From Lama guanicoe (Eukaryota), in the NCBI GenBank assembly GCA_013239625.1, contig MU053431.1, positions 806,001 through 870,000 on the forward strand: a DNA stretch of 64,000 nucleotides. The letters run 5' to 3'. Of the stretch, positions 50,275-62,810 are shown piece by piece. Position numbers and translations under genes: made by a program. The notes beneath the pieces were generated by a model, which was not told the origin of the DNA, did not search any database, and was given only the letters and a program-made list of their open reading frames with translations. Each line of letters starts with the position of its first letter. The first letter of the stretch is position 1.

Positions 50275-51819
50275 GGAGGAGGAGAAGGAGAGGTCATTTC
50301 TTAGCCTCTGTGCCTGTTATGTGTCAAAAAGAGGAAAGCGAACTTGAAGAGATGGGAGATGACAGATGCGCTTGGCACGTCGGCGAGTATTTGTAAATCC
50401 CTCCAAGGTGTGACTTTCTGGGAGGAGGTGCTCACGGCTTTGCTGATCCAAGGGATGAGTCCCAGACACGTGGCTTGGACCTCCTTCTAATCTGCACAGC
50501 GTCTGTCGGTCGGCTTCCCTTCGGAAAAGAAAAACGCTCCCGTTTTAACTTGCTTCCTGACAGCCGCGTGCGGAGGCTAGTCCCGACTCCCTCCCTGGAC
50601 AGACATCCACAGACAGCAGGTGTCAGAGCGACAGGAGCACAGGGGCCAGAGGGGAGGGGCCAGCGTCCAGCCAGGGAGTGGGCAGGTGTGAAGTCAGGGG
50701 AGAAGGGGCTTTGCGTCCGTCCCCTCTTCCACGTGCTCAGCTCCAAGTACCCAGTGTTTCGGGCACCAAGCCCAGAGCTTACGGAAGGGGTGCTGTGATA
50801 TGGAGCGGCGGGGCCTGCCCTGCCCTGCCCAGTATCTGGCCACCACTCAAGCCCAGGGACTCGTCCAGGCACCGGGGATTCCATGCATGGCATGCAGGCG
50901 GGGGTCCTGCCTTCATGCAGGTCTCGATCTCCCAGGGACAGAGGGCTGACCGGCAAGCTAATGTCTAACCTGAGAGCAGGGGGCAGGTGCTGGTGGAGCA
51001 AAGTCGCAGGGCTACTGGGCGACCTTCAGCAGCAAGGCCAGTGAGGACTTTGCCGAGCGAGGGGCAGCCACTTGGGCTGAGTCCTGATGTGAGGAAGAGC
51101 CAGGCATTTGGGGGAAGAGAGGTTTGGACAAGGGCACAGCGCGGCGAGGGCCGGAGAGGATGGTGTGGTGCCCGGAGCAGGGAGGCCACACATGGGCCGT
51201 GGGAAAGAAGCCGCGAGTGTGCCAGCAGAGGCAGCGTGCACTCGGCCAAGATGGGAGCTGAAGGAAGGAGGGGCGCCCGAGTCCTACCTGGTCTGGACAG
51301 CGGTGCACAGGTCAGCCCTGGACAATGCCAAGTCAGCTGAGCCCCTGGCCAGCGGGCAGGACACCTGCTGAGGGGTGAGCGGTGCCTAGGGCGACACCGG
51401 GGAGGGCGGGGTGGGGTCGTGTCACACGGTCTGTGTTGGCGGAGGAGGGATTCGCAACTGCGAGTGGGAGAAAGTCACAAACGTGCACCGTCGGCCAGCA
51501 GAGTCCAGCGGCCTCGCTCCCAGCTGCTCAAGAACATGAGCGGGAAGGCCTCCCCCACACCTGACAGCCGCAGGTCACACGTCAGACACACGCGGCCTCG
51601 GTGACTGAGGAGTGGCTCCGACTCTGATGTCCTGATCGTGAAATAAGGTGAGGCCCGTCCCAGCCCCACATCCCGCCGCCTCCTGGGCTGGACGTGCTGT
51701 GTCTGGGCCTCAGAATCCCCTCTGGGGTCCCGGACGGCTGGTAGCAAGTTTGGAGGGTGACCGCTGGGCCCGACCTGCATTTGTGAGCTGATCCGTTTCT
51801 CCACCCACCCACCCGTCCA

Positions 51820-52130
51820 TTCATTACATCACTGGTTCATTCTCTCATTCATTCAGCAGATCTTGCCGAACATCTGTTACTTGCCAAGTGCTGAGCTGAG
51901 TGTGGGAGATGCAATGGCCAAAAAAATAGATGGGTCCTTCTCGCCTGGGGGGTTCCAGTCTTTCTAGTAGCATTAGAGAATCTCTCTCTGACACACACAC
52001 ACACACACACAAATGAAAGTGTGACAAATGCTATGACGGAGTCCTGAGCCCACAAAAGTGCTAAGGGGCTTCCGGAGGCAGCGAGGGTTGTGCTGATGCT
52101 CAAGTTGAAGGGCAGGTGGAGTGTGATGGG
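51820..52130 (-). mobile_element. L2 3' fragment containing a (CA)n at ~51991-52010
   Basis: tcattcattcagcagat...acttgccaagtgctgagctgagtgtgggagatgcaatg. Confidence 0.65.
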
Positions 52131-53072
52131 GGAGGAGCCCAGTGTCCACACCGGGTGCAGCTCCCGAGCCCGGAGGTCCACTCTGGGGGCAGCTCCAGAG
52201 CCGGGAGGCGAGAACCAGCATGGCTGGAGCTCAGGGAAGAGGGTGGATGGGTGAGCAGACGCAGCCAGGGGCTGTTTCTCCTGGTGACTGAGTTACAAGA
52301 ACCAGCTCTGGAAACCCTGACTTCTCAGTCGTGCAGGCCAGCATTTCTGTGTCTTGTTTGCGCTCACCGTGAATTAACCCGCAGACCAGCATCTCCTGTG
52401 AAGCGAGGCCTTGAAAAGACATGGCGTCCGGTTCAGCAGATCCCTGGTTCTGACTGCACTCTCTGCACCTCCCTTGTTGGGGGTTTCTGGTCGGTGGCAG
52501 GGCACCCTGAGAAGTGACATCCCCCAGGGAGGCCTCGCGGACGCTCCCGGTGACACAACCTGTGGGAGGAGGGGCGGGCGGCAGGATCCTCGAAGCCCTT
52601 TGCCTTCCTTCTGCCAACGCCTGAGCTGCGCTCTGAGGACTGCCCCACCCTCAGATCAGGCACACGAACATCCGTGGCACTGCTGAAGCCCCCGGCGCTC
52701 GTGGCTGGCCCCTGGGAGGGCTCCTCCAGCTGCGTCTGCCAGCGAGGTCCGCTGCTGACGCCGGGCTCGGCCAGGGTTCGTCTCTGTTCCACGTCCGGAT
52801 GGAGGCTCCCACCCATCTGGGTCGTAGCGCGCCGACTTCCTGGCTTTCGGGCTTCCATGAGCATGTGCATGGTGTGCGTGTTCTCCCGTGAACAGGTGCA
52901 CAGACGTGCAGAGAACGTTGCTTTTTTGAGATTCAAGGACAGTGATCTGAGCTGTGTCTGTCTTCTAGTGAGTGGACTTTGAAACGAGGGGAGCATCTCC
53001 GGTTCAAACCCAAGTGACGGTGAGGCCGTCTCCCCAAGGGGTAACGAGGAGCAAGGAGGATGATGCAATTCC

Positions 53073-53238
53073 TGGTGGTCCTCGAGGTGTGGTCCCCAGG
53101 CCAGCGGCATCAGCAACGCCTGTTAGAAACTCGGGGTCTCAGCAGCCCTGCTGAAGCAGGGACTCGTGGCGTGGGGACCGGCCGCTGTGCTAACAAGCCC
53201 TCCAGGGCCTCTGATGACACTGAGGCTGAGAACCACGG
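53073..53238 (+). mobile_element. MER5A (hAT-Charlie)
   Basis: gtggtcctcgaggtgtggtcccc.g.ccagc.gcatcagca...tgttagaaa...taacaagccctccagg...tgagaaccac; both TIRs visible. Confidence 0.85.
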
Positions 53239-54099
53239 CCCTGGGCCACATGCGCAGACTGGCCTCAGCCCAGTCGTCAGCTGGGGTGCCTGTGGCATCC
53301 AGGGCTGCGCCCCAGGCGGATCAGCGTCCGGGCTGGCGATCTTGCCTCCTTAGACTCTGGGGGTGTGGCTGTTCTCACTTCAGCCCTTTTTTCTTCCTGG
53401 GATAGCGTCTAAACGGTATGTGAAACAGTGCGAACAAGCGTGGGTAAGCATGTTTTAAAGACAGAACCTTGGCAGTGCAATAGGAGCCCCGCCTGCCTCT
53501 CAGAGGGAGCCACTCCACGGAGCTCTGCGTTTATCCTTCCCTCTAACACACGTCGTTCTGTTTCGCCTGTTGACCGAGCGTCATAAAAACGGGCGATCGT
53601 ACAGAATGTACTCTGACCTGTTTTTCACTCAGTGCTGAGAACCAGCCTAGAAGATGAACAGTGTCCGCTCGGGGCCCGGCTGTGGGGTTCAAGCCCTTGT
53701 GGTCTAGAGCAAGTCCACCCAGGTCCCTGTGCCTCAGCCTTCTTGCCTGGAGCACTTATGTCTGCGTTGTTTCCAAAGCCCTGAGGACAGTCACTTGCAT
53801 CTACTTGGGCGAGCAGCTTTTTACGTCAAAAACTACATCTCAGCTTGTTTTCCACAGCACAGAACGTTTCAGGACAAAAGGAGAAAGAGTTAGGTATTTA
53901 GAAGATTTTGCATTTAGTTTAAATTTTTAAAAGTTTACGAAAATAGATATAATGGAAAGAGAAAAGAGGAAAGAGACCTGGATCTTCTGTCTAATGGGAG
54001 GGATGGCAATAACCATAGAATCACGTGAGTGATGGTAAGATTGCAAGTCTGTTAATTTTCTTGAAGGGGAGATATATCAGAAGCTAGGAGTACATAATG

Positions 54100-56215
54100 A
54101 GATATTTCTGTTAATATTTTTTTACTTCCTTTAGGTTTGGGGGAATAACTGAGATAATGCATGTGAAATAACTTTTGTTCCAATTGTATTAAAACATATA
54201 TGACATTCATAAAAAAACGCGGTGTCTTTATGGGACCCACTCACAGTGCTGTTGTAGGCGTCATGCACGCGTTGTCCCCAGTGCACAGGGCGCCATGGGG
54301 TGAATACAGTGTAATTCACTCACCCTCCTATTGACCAGCGTTTGACTTGTTTCCAGGGCTTCCTTTTGCGAACAGTACGTCTTATTTCGTGTTTCTGGTG
54401 TTGACAAGTAAGAGTTTCCCTCGTTAACAGACCCACGATGAACCTGCTGGCTTGTAGACTGGGATCTGCTCACTTTCAGTGTTAGTAGAAAACATCACGT
54501 TGTTTTCCAAAGCAATTGGGACAACTGAGGCTCCCACCGGCAGCGTGTAAGAATTCCCACCACTCCAGATACTTCCCAAAGGGTTTGGTCAAGTTTCTAA
54601 AAAAAGACCTCTGCCTTGCCATGGAGGGGTAGCATTTCCACTTCCAGAACCCTTCACGAGGCTGAACATCTTTTCGTATGTTTTCTTCACGTTTACTATT
54701 TCTATTGTTAACCTTCACTTTGAGTCTTTTCCTCGTTTTCCTGTCGGTTCCTCCTGACTGCAGTACTTATTTATACACTCGAGATACTAGTTCATCACTG
54801 GATTTGTGTTTGGGAAATATTTTCTCGCAATTGGCATCTTGTCCTTCACCTTTCTTTATGGCGTCCTTTGCAAACACCGGTTCTTAATTGAGTGCCAGGG
54901 AAGTTATCAATCGTTTTCTGTACATATTGATTTTTGTGTGTGTGTCTTACTTAGGAAATTCTTCCAAGGTCACATAAATATTCTGCTACATTTGCCTCTA
55001 AAACTTTTCTCAAAGTTCGTGTTTAAGCTCTTCAACCTTTGGGAGCTGATTTTGCCAACTCTGTGAGATGGAAACCCAGTTTCACTCCGTTCTTTGTGGC
55101 TGACTGATGATCCCAGACAGGTCGCTGGGTGCCTGTTCTTTTCCTTACTAATTTTCAACACCAGTTATTCGTGTGGAGACTTTGCACGCGTGTGTGGATG
55201 TGTTTCTGGATTTTGTGTTTGTCGAAACCTGCACCCAGATCGATGACACAGCACTCTGAGTCTCTGGAGAGGGCGGGCCCTTTTCCTCCTCCGCCTCGGG
55301 GTCCTGCCTGTCCTTGCTCCTTTGTTCTTACGTGTAAATTTGGACTCCCCTTCCACAAAAACATTCTGAAATTTTGATTATGCAAAAATGCTAATTTTTC
55401 TGGAAAGCTGTATAACTTTCTCCCGGAAGTCCTTGCACGTTTCTTGTCAGAGGTGCTCAGGGTGACCTCATCTATATGATCAGAAATACCATCTCCTGTT
55501 GAATTACACGTTCTACGCTTTTCCTGGCATCGACAAGCCGTGAACATTCGTGAAGGTATCTTATGCCTGGCAGTCTGCTCAGTTCTCACCTCTAATAAGT
55601 TGTAGATTATTTGGGGTTCTTCCAGGTCAATAATCGTCTCATCTACGAATGCTGTTATTTTTAATTCTTTCTTTCCCATCTTTGTACTTTTTAGTGTTCA
55701 ATAGTGACATTCATGGCAAGTTTGTCTGGCTGCTCATTCAGAGGCTCTAATGACTCATCACTAGATGGTGTTTTTTGCAGTAGGTTTAATAGATACTCTT
55801 CATGAGGTTTAAGAACGTCCTCTTTCATCCCCAGTGTGCTGTGACTAATTTTTATTGTGATTTTTTTCCTCTGTTGAGATTATCTTGTAATTTTTCTCTT
55901 TAATCTGCTCACATCGAAAATTGCATTAATAAACAAACTTGCGTCACTGGGATAAGCTCTGCTTGGCTGAGGGAGACACGCTTACCGCGCCGTGCTGGCT
56001 TTGGTGGACTAGGTCCTCTGTCTGTGTGGACGAGGACGATGACCTGTCATTCTCCCTCGTGCTTTTCTGGCTCAGTTTCGGCACTGAGGTTGCACCAGCT
56101 CCATGAAACAAAGTAGGGTGCTCCCTCTTTGTCTACACTCTAGAGGAATCCTGTAAGATTAGAATCCTCTCTTGATCGCCTGGTAGAACTTACCTGTAAC
56201 TCTCCCGGGCCGTGT
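54100..56215 (-). mobile_element. Long degraded old L1 (L1ME/L1MC-type)
   Basis: T-rich 2 kb with antisense L1 motifs (gaattcccacc.ctccagatacttc, ttttcaacaccagttatt, ctcacctctaataagttgtagattatttggggtt, cactgggataa.ctct.cttggc). Confidence 0.8.
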
Positions 56216-56959
56216 TTGTGTGGCACACACCTACGTGCCTGTGTGGGCGCGCATGCACGTGTGCACGTGTGTGTGTGAGCATCACTGAGGACCAGCTTGT
56301 CTTCTTCGTGACCAGGGGACCGGTAGGTCCTACTCAGGACCCTGCCCATCACTGAGCTCCTGCATCTGGCTCATCTCTGGCAAGCGTCTGCAGCACTGGG
56401 GGCTCGCCTTAAGATGAGGTTCCCGTCTTGGCTTAAAGTCCCCAAAAGTGGTGCCTGACAAGGGATGGGGTGCAGCTTCTGTGGGGGTGGTGCCAGGAAG
56501 CTTGGGGAGGGGGGCGGGTGGCAGAGCAAGGAGGAAAACCAAAAAGGTCATGTTAATGGGCATCACAGCCTTGGGCAACTACAGCCCAGCCCCTCTGAGG
56601 ACCCGCTGGGAGACCACGTAGGACCCACCGCAAGAAAGGAGGAGGCTGGTGCTCACCCACAACAGCCCACCCGCCCACCACGGGCTGGCCCAGTGTGCCC
56701 GGACCCCGACTCACACGTGGACGAGCAGCAGGCGTCCCCCACTGGGGCCCAGGGTGTCCTCGGAGGTTCTCCCCAACACCTGCTGCCTCCAGCTCGCCGC
56801 GTCCTGACACTCCTGATGCTCGTCTTCAGCTAACTGCTCGCTCTGGGCCAGGCGCTTTCTGGAGCTGAAGGCGCAGCGGTAAACGAGGCTGACAGCGAGA
56901 CACAGTTAGTAAACCAGGAGGCAGACACACGAGTAACCTGAGCCTGATCGGAAGAAGAG

Positions 56960-57644
56960 CAGAGTAGACAGTCAGGGAGCACCTACCAGCGATGGGGACG
57001 CAGTGAAGAGACCGGGGCCAGCCCGGAGGGCTCCTGCGGCCAGTCGGGAAGTAAGTAATGACATAGCGGATCATAACCCAGAGAATGAAGTAAGAACCCC
57101 AAAGTCCACATGGACATTTAAAAAAAAACCCACAGCGGTGAGGGCAGACCTCCACACAGCGGATTGTCAGCTGATGAGAGGAATGGGTGATGGACTCAGG
57201 GACTCGCCGTCTGACAGGCACCTGATGACGTCCGATTCAGGCAGGAGGCGTCAGTAGGTGTCAGATCTAGTTGAGCAGCAACAGGATGTGGATATGGACT
57301 CCAAATTCCTCCCTGAAGATGCTACTTGTAAAATAGTGAGTTTACGTGGGAGAAACCTGGCAGACACCAGCTTAGGAAGCGACCAAAGTCAGCATCACCG
57401 GGAATGGGGCAAGTTGATGCCATGCGCCTCCTGATAAAGGCAGCGGGAAGGACGTGGCATCATCTTGTGGCACCCTAAAGTCTCCTGAACTTATCCATGA
57501 GGAAGCGTCACACAAACCCAGACTAGGAGCATTCTGCAGTATCTGGCCTGTACCCATCGAAAATGTCCGAGTCGTGAAACATGAAGGCTGATTAATTTCT
57601 AGGTTAAAGAAAACATGAGTGGGGACGACAGAGTTCAGGGCCTG

Positions 57645-57683
<39 letters not shown>

Positions 57684-57915
57684 CTAAGAGAGATTATAAT
57701 ATTGCATCAGTGTCATCATCCTGACCTTGATTTCTGACAACTGGGGTGTGCAGGGGAATGTCCTCGGTTCTAGAAAGTATGCATTTGAGTATTTATTAGT
57801 GATCAAGCAAATGGGGTTGAGGAAACCTACATGAAAGGAATACAGGAATTATTTGTCATATTCTTGCAGCTTTTCTCAAAGTTTGAAGTTATGTTAAAAA
57901 AAGAGTTTAAAAAAA
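56960..57915 (+). mobile_element. L1MC3/L1MC4-type 3' UTR
   Basis: ggagaaacctggcagacacca.ctta...caaagt.agcatcacc..gaatggg.caa.ttga..ccatg.gcctcctgata...catgaggaa.c.tca.acaaaccca; ends in an A-rich tail. Confidence 0.85.
57653..57683. repeat. poly(T)31
   Basis: Homopolymer inside the L1MC element. Confidence 0.97.
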
Positions 57916-58450
57916 GTAAGTGAGCAAGGTGAAATTGAGAGAGACAGGAATCCAGGGAGCTCCTTAGATCAGGTGGTCAGAGAAGACCCCTGCAGGAGGT
58001 GCCGCTTGAGCTGAGAGCTGAATGCAGAGGAGGCGCTGGTGGCAGGAGAGCAGGAGAGCAGAGGTGCAGGCGGCCACAGCGGGGGCTGCTCAGGGTCCTG
58101 GGGCCACAGAGAGGCCGTGTGTTGGGGCTTTAGCTCAGGAGCAGGAGGCGGACTGGTGGGGAGGGGCCTGAAGCTCACGGGTTGGGATGTGGATTCAACT
58201 CTAGGTCCTGGGGAGCCTGTGGGGTGGTTTCCAAGCATCGCAGTGCCCCAGCCTTGTCTGCTGCTGCTTGGAGAATCCACGGGGCCCTGGGAGGAGGGCT
58301 TCCAGCCGGGAAGGCAGGCCCACCTGGCGGAGCGGGTTGGGGGACTGGAGGGGAGTGGACAGCTCAGGTACACTCTGGAGGTGGAGCTGGTGGTACCGGG
58401 GGAGGGGAGCCTGTCCTTTCGTCCTGAGCGCCTGAGGGGGCAGCTGAGCA
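57915..58450 (-). mobile_element. L2 fragment
   Basis: tagatcaggtggtcagagaagac.cct...gaggtg.c.cttgagctgaga.ctgaa. Confidence 0.65.
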
Positions 58451-60792
58451 GGAGAGGGCTCCATGCCTGCAGAAGCTCCTGGCTCTGAGACCAGAGCAGG
58501 CGGTGGCACGTGTCTCACGCGTGCACGGAATGGGAGGGTGCCGATGGCGGGCCGGGGGCTGTTCTCCATGGCCCGGACATCCGGGAGACTCACACACCCT
58601 CCCACCGCCGCCTCCTCCCAACTCGCTGGCCTCTGACCCAACATGGGTCATTGTTTCCACCAAGACTGGGCATCTCATCCTCCCAGGACAGAGACCGCCG
58701 GCCCCTGGGTGTGAGTGCAGGAGAAAGAGTCAGACGCTGCCGGCCCCGGCTTGAGACACCAGCGTACTAAGGCAAGAAGTCATCCCGGCGGGCTGCTTAA
58801 GTACCGATCACCTCTCTTACTTGGTAAATAACACAATGGTAAATTTTTACAGTATTGTTTTTACATAGACTATAATGAGAAGGCAGTTTTTCCCCCTGTC
58901 ACTTGGATATTAAGCTCTTTAATGGGAGAACACAAAGCGACCTCATAAAACTGGGTTTGGAGGAGGCTTGGTGGGGCTCAGTGCTGGGTCCGGTAGTGGT
59001 GGCCACCCTCTTGTCAGCGCGGGGTCCCTCCTCTCCCCTCTGTGCCCCAGGGGTGCTGGCTGTGCTCGTGTGGTCACTTCCTGGGAAAGGGTGGGAACAC
59101 ACAGCTCAGGGTTTTTCATTTGGGAGCCTGCCTACTTTTTAATTGGCCTTGGTGTTAATGAATGGATTCGTTCTGCTTGCAGCGAGCGGGGCTGGGCGCT
59201 GGAGCGTGTAATCTGACTGCGGCCTGGTGCTCTCAGCCGATCTCTGGAGCTGCCCTGAGTGGTTTGGCCCCAGGCTGCATGGGTCTCGGCAGTGATGGTG
59301 CGGGAGTTGGGGGGAGGGGAGGAGGCGCCCTCAGCACTGGCCAGCCCCGCCTCCAGGTCGGGAGGTCATGGGGCACTTCTGTCATCTTGCAGTGTCTCCC
59401 GGAGACCACCTTGGGGGCTGTGATCCTGCGGGGAGGTCAGAGCGACGGAGACTCTTCCTGGGACAGGCCCCTGGCATCCAGGAGGCATCAGTAAACTCCT
59501 TGCTTCCTGCTCAGAAACTGGGTGACACTGGGGATGTCCTTCATCCCGCCAGGCCTCAGGCGGGTCGGGAAAGGCCGTCCAGCGCGTGTGGATTGGACAG
59601 ACCATCTGGTCGTCCTCCAGACTTCTCCCCGTGTCTCCTTCTGGGGCTTCTCAGCCCTTTGGCCGCTTCTGCACTTGGATCTTACCCCCCGCCCCCACCC
59701 CAGGGCTGGGCAGGGCTTTGTCGCAGGCCCACACCTCCCTGCGAAGGAGTGTGTGCCTCCAGCTGGGTCCCTGGACCCCGGCCCTGAGAAGGGGAGTAGG
59801 TGTTCCCGCAGGACCCCGGGTGCCGCCCAGAGCTGCCGAGCGAGCCCAGCTGAAGGCTCGGGGCTGTAGGTCACGGGCTTCACCACAGCGTCCAGAACGC
59901 CTTGCAGGCCAGCTTGGAATCTGAAGTCTTCTCCTTCCGTGATGTGCACTCTGTCCTCCACCCCTCACCCCTGCCAAGCATTTGCTGTGGTCCTCTGGGG
60001 ACACACCCCACGCCGGTCTCGAGAAGATGACTCAGTGACGGGCGGGCCACTTGTGTTTGTAAACACAGTGCCCATTTCAGGTTAAAGAAATCGCTCCCCC
60101 TGAATCCGCGCTTCCTGATTGTGATTCCACGTTTTGAATTGAGTGTTTTTGTTCTGCGTGTGTGATCCTGTCTCCACCTCTGCCACTTCTTGCTGGCTGG
60201 ACATTTTGGCCCCAGAATAAGCACGTGGCCAGCTTGGCCTCCTGATCGTCCCTGAGGGCCAAACAGCACATCCTCCCGGGCCCCATCCCTCATGTCTTAC
60301 TGGGCGCCCCCCGTCCTGCAGTCACGCGGCCATGGCGTGGCCAGAGGCGCACGCAGCTGTGTCAGGACCCCACCCTTCCTGCCCAGGGCTTGTGCTCCGT
60401 GGGCCTGTAGTTTCTGGAAATCTATTTGCAGATGCAGTGGCTTCAGACCAGGAGTGGTGGACTCCTCTCTCAACAAAGTAGGAGCAACCGACAGCTGCCC
60501 ACAACCTGGCTGGACCTCTGGCACCTCGGGGACACTCCCGGGCCGGCAGAGATCTTGGTCTCAGGTGCCACTTGTATGGGACCCCCAGGCTAGGCCAGCC
60601 AGCAATCAGCGCCATCTCCAATGAGGAGGAATAAGCCGTGTCTCTGGGCCTTTGCCGGGTGGGAGGAGGGCCAGCTCTTTGGTAGAACTGGGTGCCCAGA
60701 CCAGAGGCATCACTGCACGCCTGCGGCTCAGGCCGCAGAGCACAGTGACGCTCTTGCACGTGGGATTAAAAGGGCTAAACCTGCAGCCAAAG

Positions 60793-60985
60793 GACAGTCA
60801 GACAGACTCACGGACAGAAAACAGACTTGCGGGTGCTGGGGCGGGGGGTCAGCTAGGAGTTCAGGATTTGCAGGTACTGACTGCTGTATGTAAAACAGAG
60901 TAACAGCAAGGTCCCGCTGTGGAGCACGGGAAACCATATTCAGTGCCTTGTTCCAGCCTATGATGGAAAAGAACGTTTGTGTCTC
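60793..60985 (+). mobile_element. LINE-1 3' UTR fragment (camelid-like)
   Basis: cagactcacggacagaaaacagactt...ggagtt..ggatttgcag.tact...aacagcaaggtcc..ctgt..agcac.ggaaac.atattca..gccttgt...agcctat.atggaaaagaa. Confidence 0.8.
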
Positions 60986-61839
60986 TTCTGTGCCTTGCGC
61001 GATGCTTCGCAGTTTTGTTTTTCGTTCAGGTGTCAACACTTGATCATACTGTTCGTAAAAATTATGATTTCTGGCTTGTTTTCTAACACGATGGAGGTTC
61101 TGGCTGTGGGGCCGAGTTCCTGCTGGCAGCCGTGGGTTCCCTGTGTCGTCGCTGCTCCCTCCAGGCCCTGGGCCCCTGTGTTTCCTGCCAGGCCCTTTGT
61201 GGGCGTGACCGGCAGCACCATCCAAGTCCGGGACCCAGGACAGTTGTGGCTCCGAGGCGACAGGCAGTGCAGACCGGCTGCACCGTTATGCAGCAGAGGA
61301 GCAAAAGGGCTGTGCCCTTTGACCACTCTGTTGAATTCCTGGAGACATTCAGAGGCTCCTTTCACTGTTCTAAAAACAGCAATGGTATTCTTTGTTCTGT
61401 GCAGACAATGCAGCAGAGTTCCTCCCATCGCATGCCTTGTAATGGATGTGGTCCTGGGCCTCTCAGGACCGTTTGGACTTAATGGAGAAAAAGCAGCACA
61501 AAAACTGTAGAAGCCCCTGCTGTCTGTGGCCTCCCCGCCGAACGGGATTAGAAACAGAAACCGGGGGCCATCAGTCCTCGTCCCAGGCTTGCACCTGCAT
61601 CGGCGGGTGACCTTGGGCCGTGGTGAGCGTGCCTGGGGCTCTTTTGTCAACTGTGAAGTCACGATGATGCTTCTTCCCTCTGTGTGCGGTCGGGCTAGGA
61701 CAGGGAGGGCAACAGGAGCGCTGAATGTGTTTTACGCACGTGGTGGAAACACGTGTGTAGCTGTGCACGCTCTTGGGACTTGCTCACACTAAGCATGTGG
61801 GACACCCAGGCCTCTTCAGAAAATAACGGAAATAGGTAT

Positions 61840-62265
61840 GAGGCCGCGCCCCCCAGCGCAGGGCGGCGCGGGGCGGGGCGCGGGGCGGGCGTGGGGGGGC
61901 GCAGAGCCGCGGGGATCCCGGCTCTTCCTGACGGTGGTGGGTCCACAGGCTCGGGCAGATCAGCGCTCCGAGCTTGCAATCACGTGTCCAACAGCTGTGA
62001 CAGGTCAGGCGTGGAGCTGGGTGCTGGCGGGCAGACGGCAGGACGGCGCGGCCCTGCTGAGGGCTCCCTGTCTGGCAGGGGACAAGGACTGAGGAAATGA
62101 GCGCAGCGCGTGTGATGCGGAGAAGCACAAGCCCTCCGCGCGGGGTCCGGGAAGGCTGCTCGGAGGCCGCGACGGCCGCGGTGCGGAGGGCTGAGCTGTG
62201 AGGCAGCCGTGACACATCACGGCGTGCCCGGGGGTCCCTGGGAGTGCTGAGAGGGGGCGGGGGGC
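61840..62265. promoter_or_regulatory. CpG-island-like segment with clustered GC boxes
   Basis: gggcggcgcggggcggggcgcggggcgggcgtggggggcgc; dense CpG up to ~62265. Confidence 0.65.
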
Positions 62266-62269
62266 ACTC

Positions 62270-62466
62270 GGGGCTGTGGTTAAGAGCGTTAGCTTGCCTG
62301 CCTGGACTCAGGTCCTCCAGTCACCTCCCCTGTGACCTCAGGCAAGTTAAATTGTCTGGGTCTCCATGTTCTCAGTAAAATGGGATGATAAAACCTACCT
62401 CACAGCGTCTTTATAAGGTTAGCACTTAGAAGTGTGCTTGGCATCTACCAAGTGCTCTGTAAAGCT
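62270..62466 (+). mobile_element. MIR
   Basis: gtggttaagagcg...ctgtgacctcaggcaagttaa...gtaaaatgggatgataa.acctacctcacag...agcacttagaa..gtgcttggca. Confidence 0.85.
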
Positions 62467-62810
62467 AGGTGGTGATGGTGCCGGTGGACGCGGTGGTGGC
62501 GGCGGTGGGAGTGGAGGTGGTGGAGGTGACGGTGGTCGCTGTGGTGGAGATGGGGTTGGGGATGGCGGTGGCTGTGTGATGGTGGCCACCACTGTGGTGG
62601 TGGTGGTGACGACAGTAGTGCTGGGGGTGGTGTTGGGGTCGCAGTTCGTGGTGGAGGTGATGGTGTGGTGGTCGAAGTGGTAGAGATGGGACTGGAGATG
62701 GTGGTGGCCACTGTGGTGGCGGAGGTGATGGTGGCCATTGTGGCAGAGGAGGGTTGGGGATGGCGGTGGTTGTGTGTTGGTAATGAATATGGTAGAGTGG
62801 GTGGTGATGT
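62467..62810. repeat. (GGT)n low-complexity tract following the MIR tail
   Basis: ggtggtgatggtg...; internal repeat gggttggggatggcggtgg at ~62553 and ~62751. Confidence 0.9.

Noticed and set aside
57653-57683. poly(T)31 as the tail of an antisense retrocopy
   Set aside because: No target-site duplication or adjacent cDNA body; the L1MC sequence continues on both sides, consistent with slippage expansion
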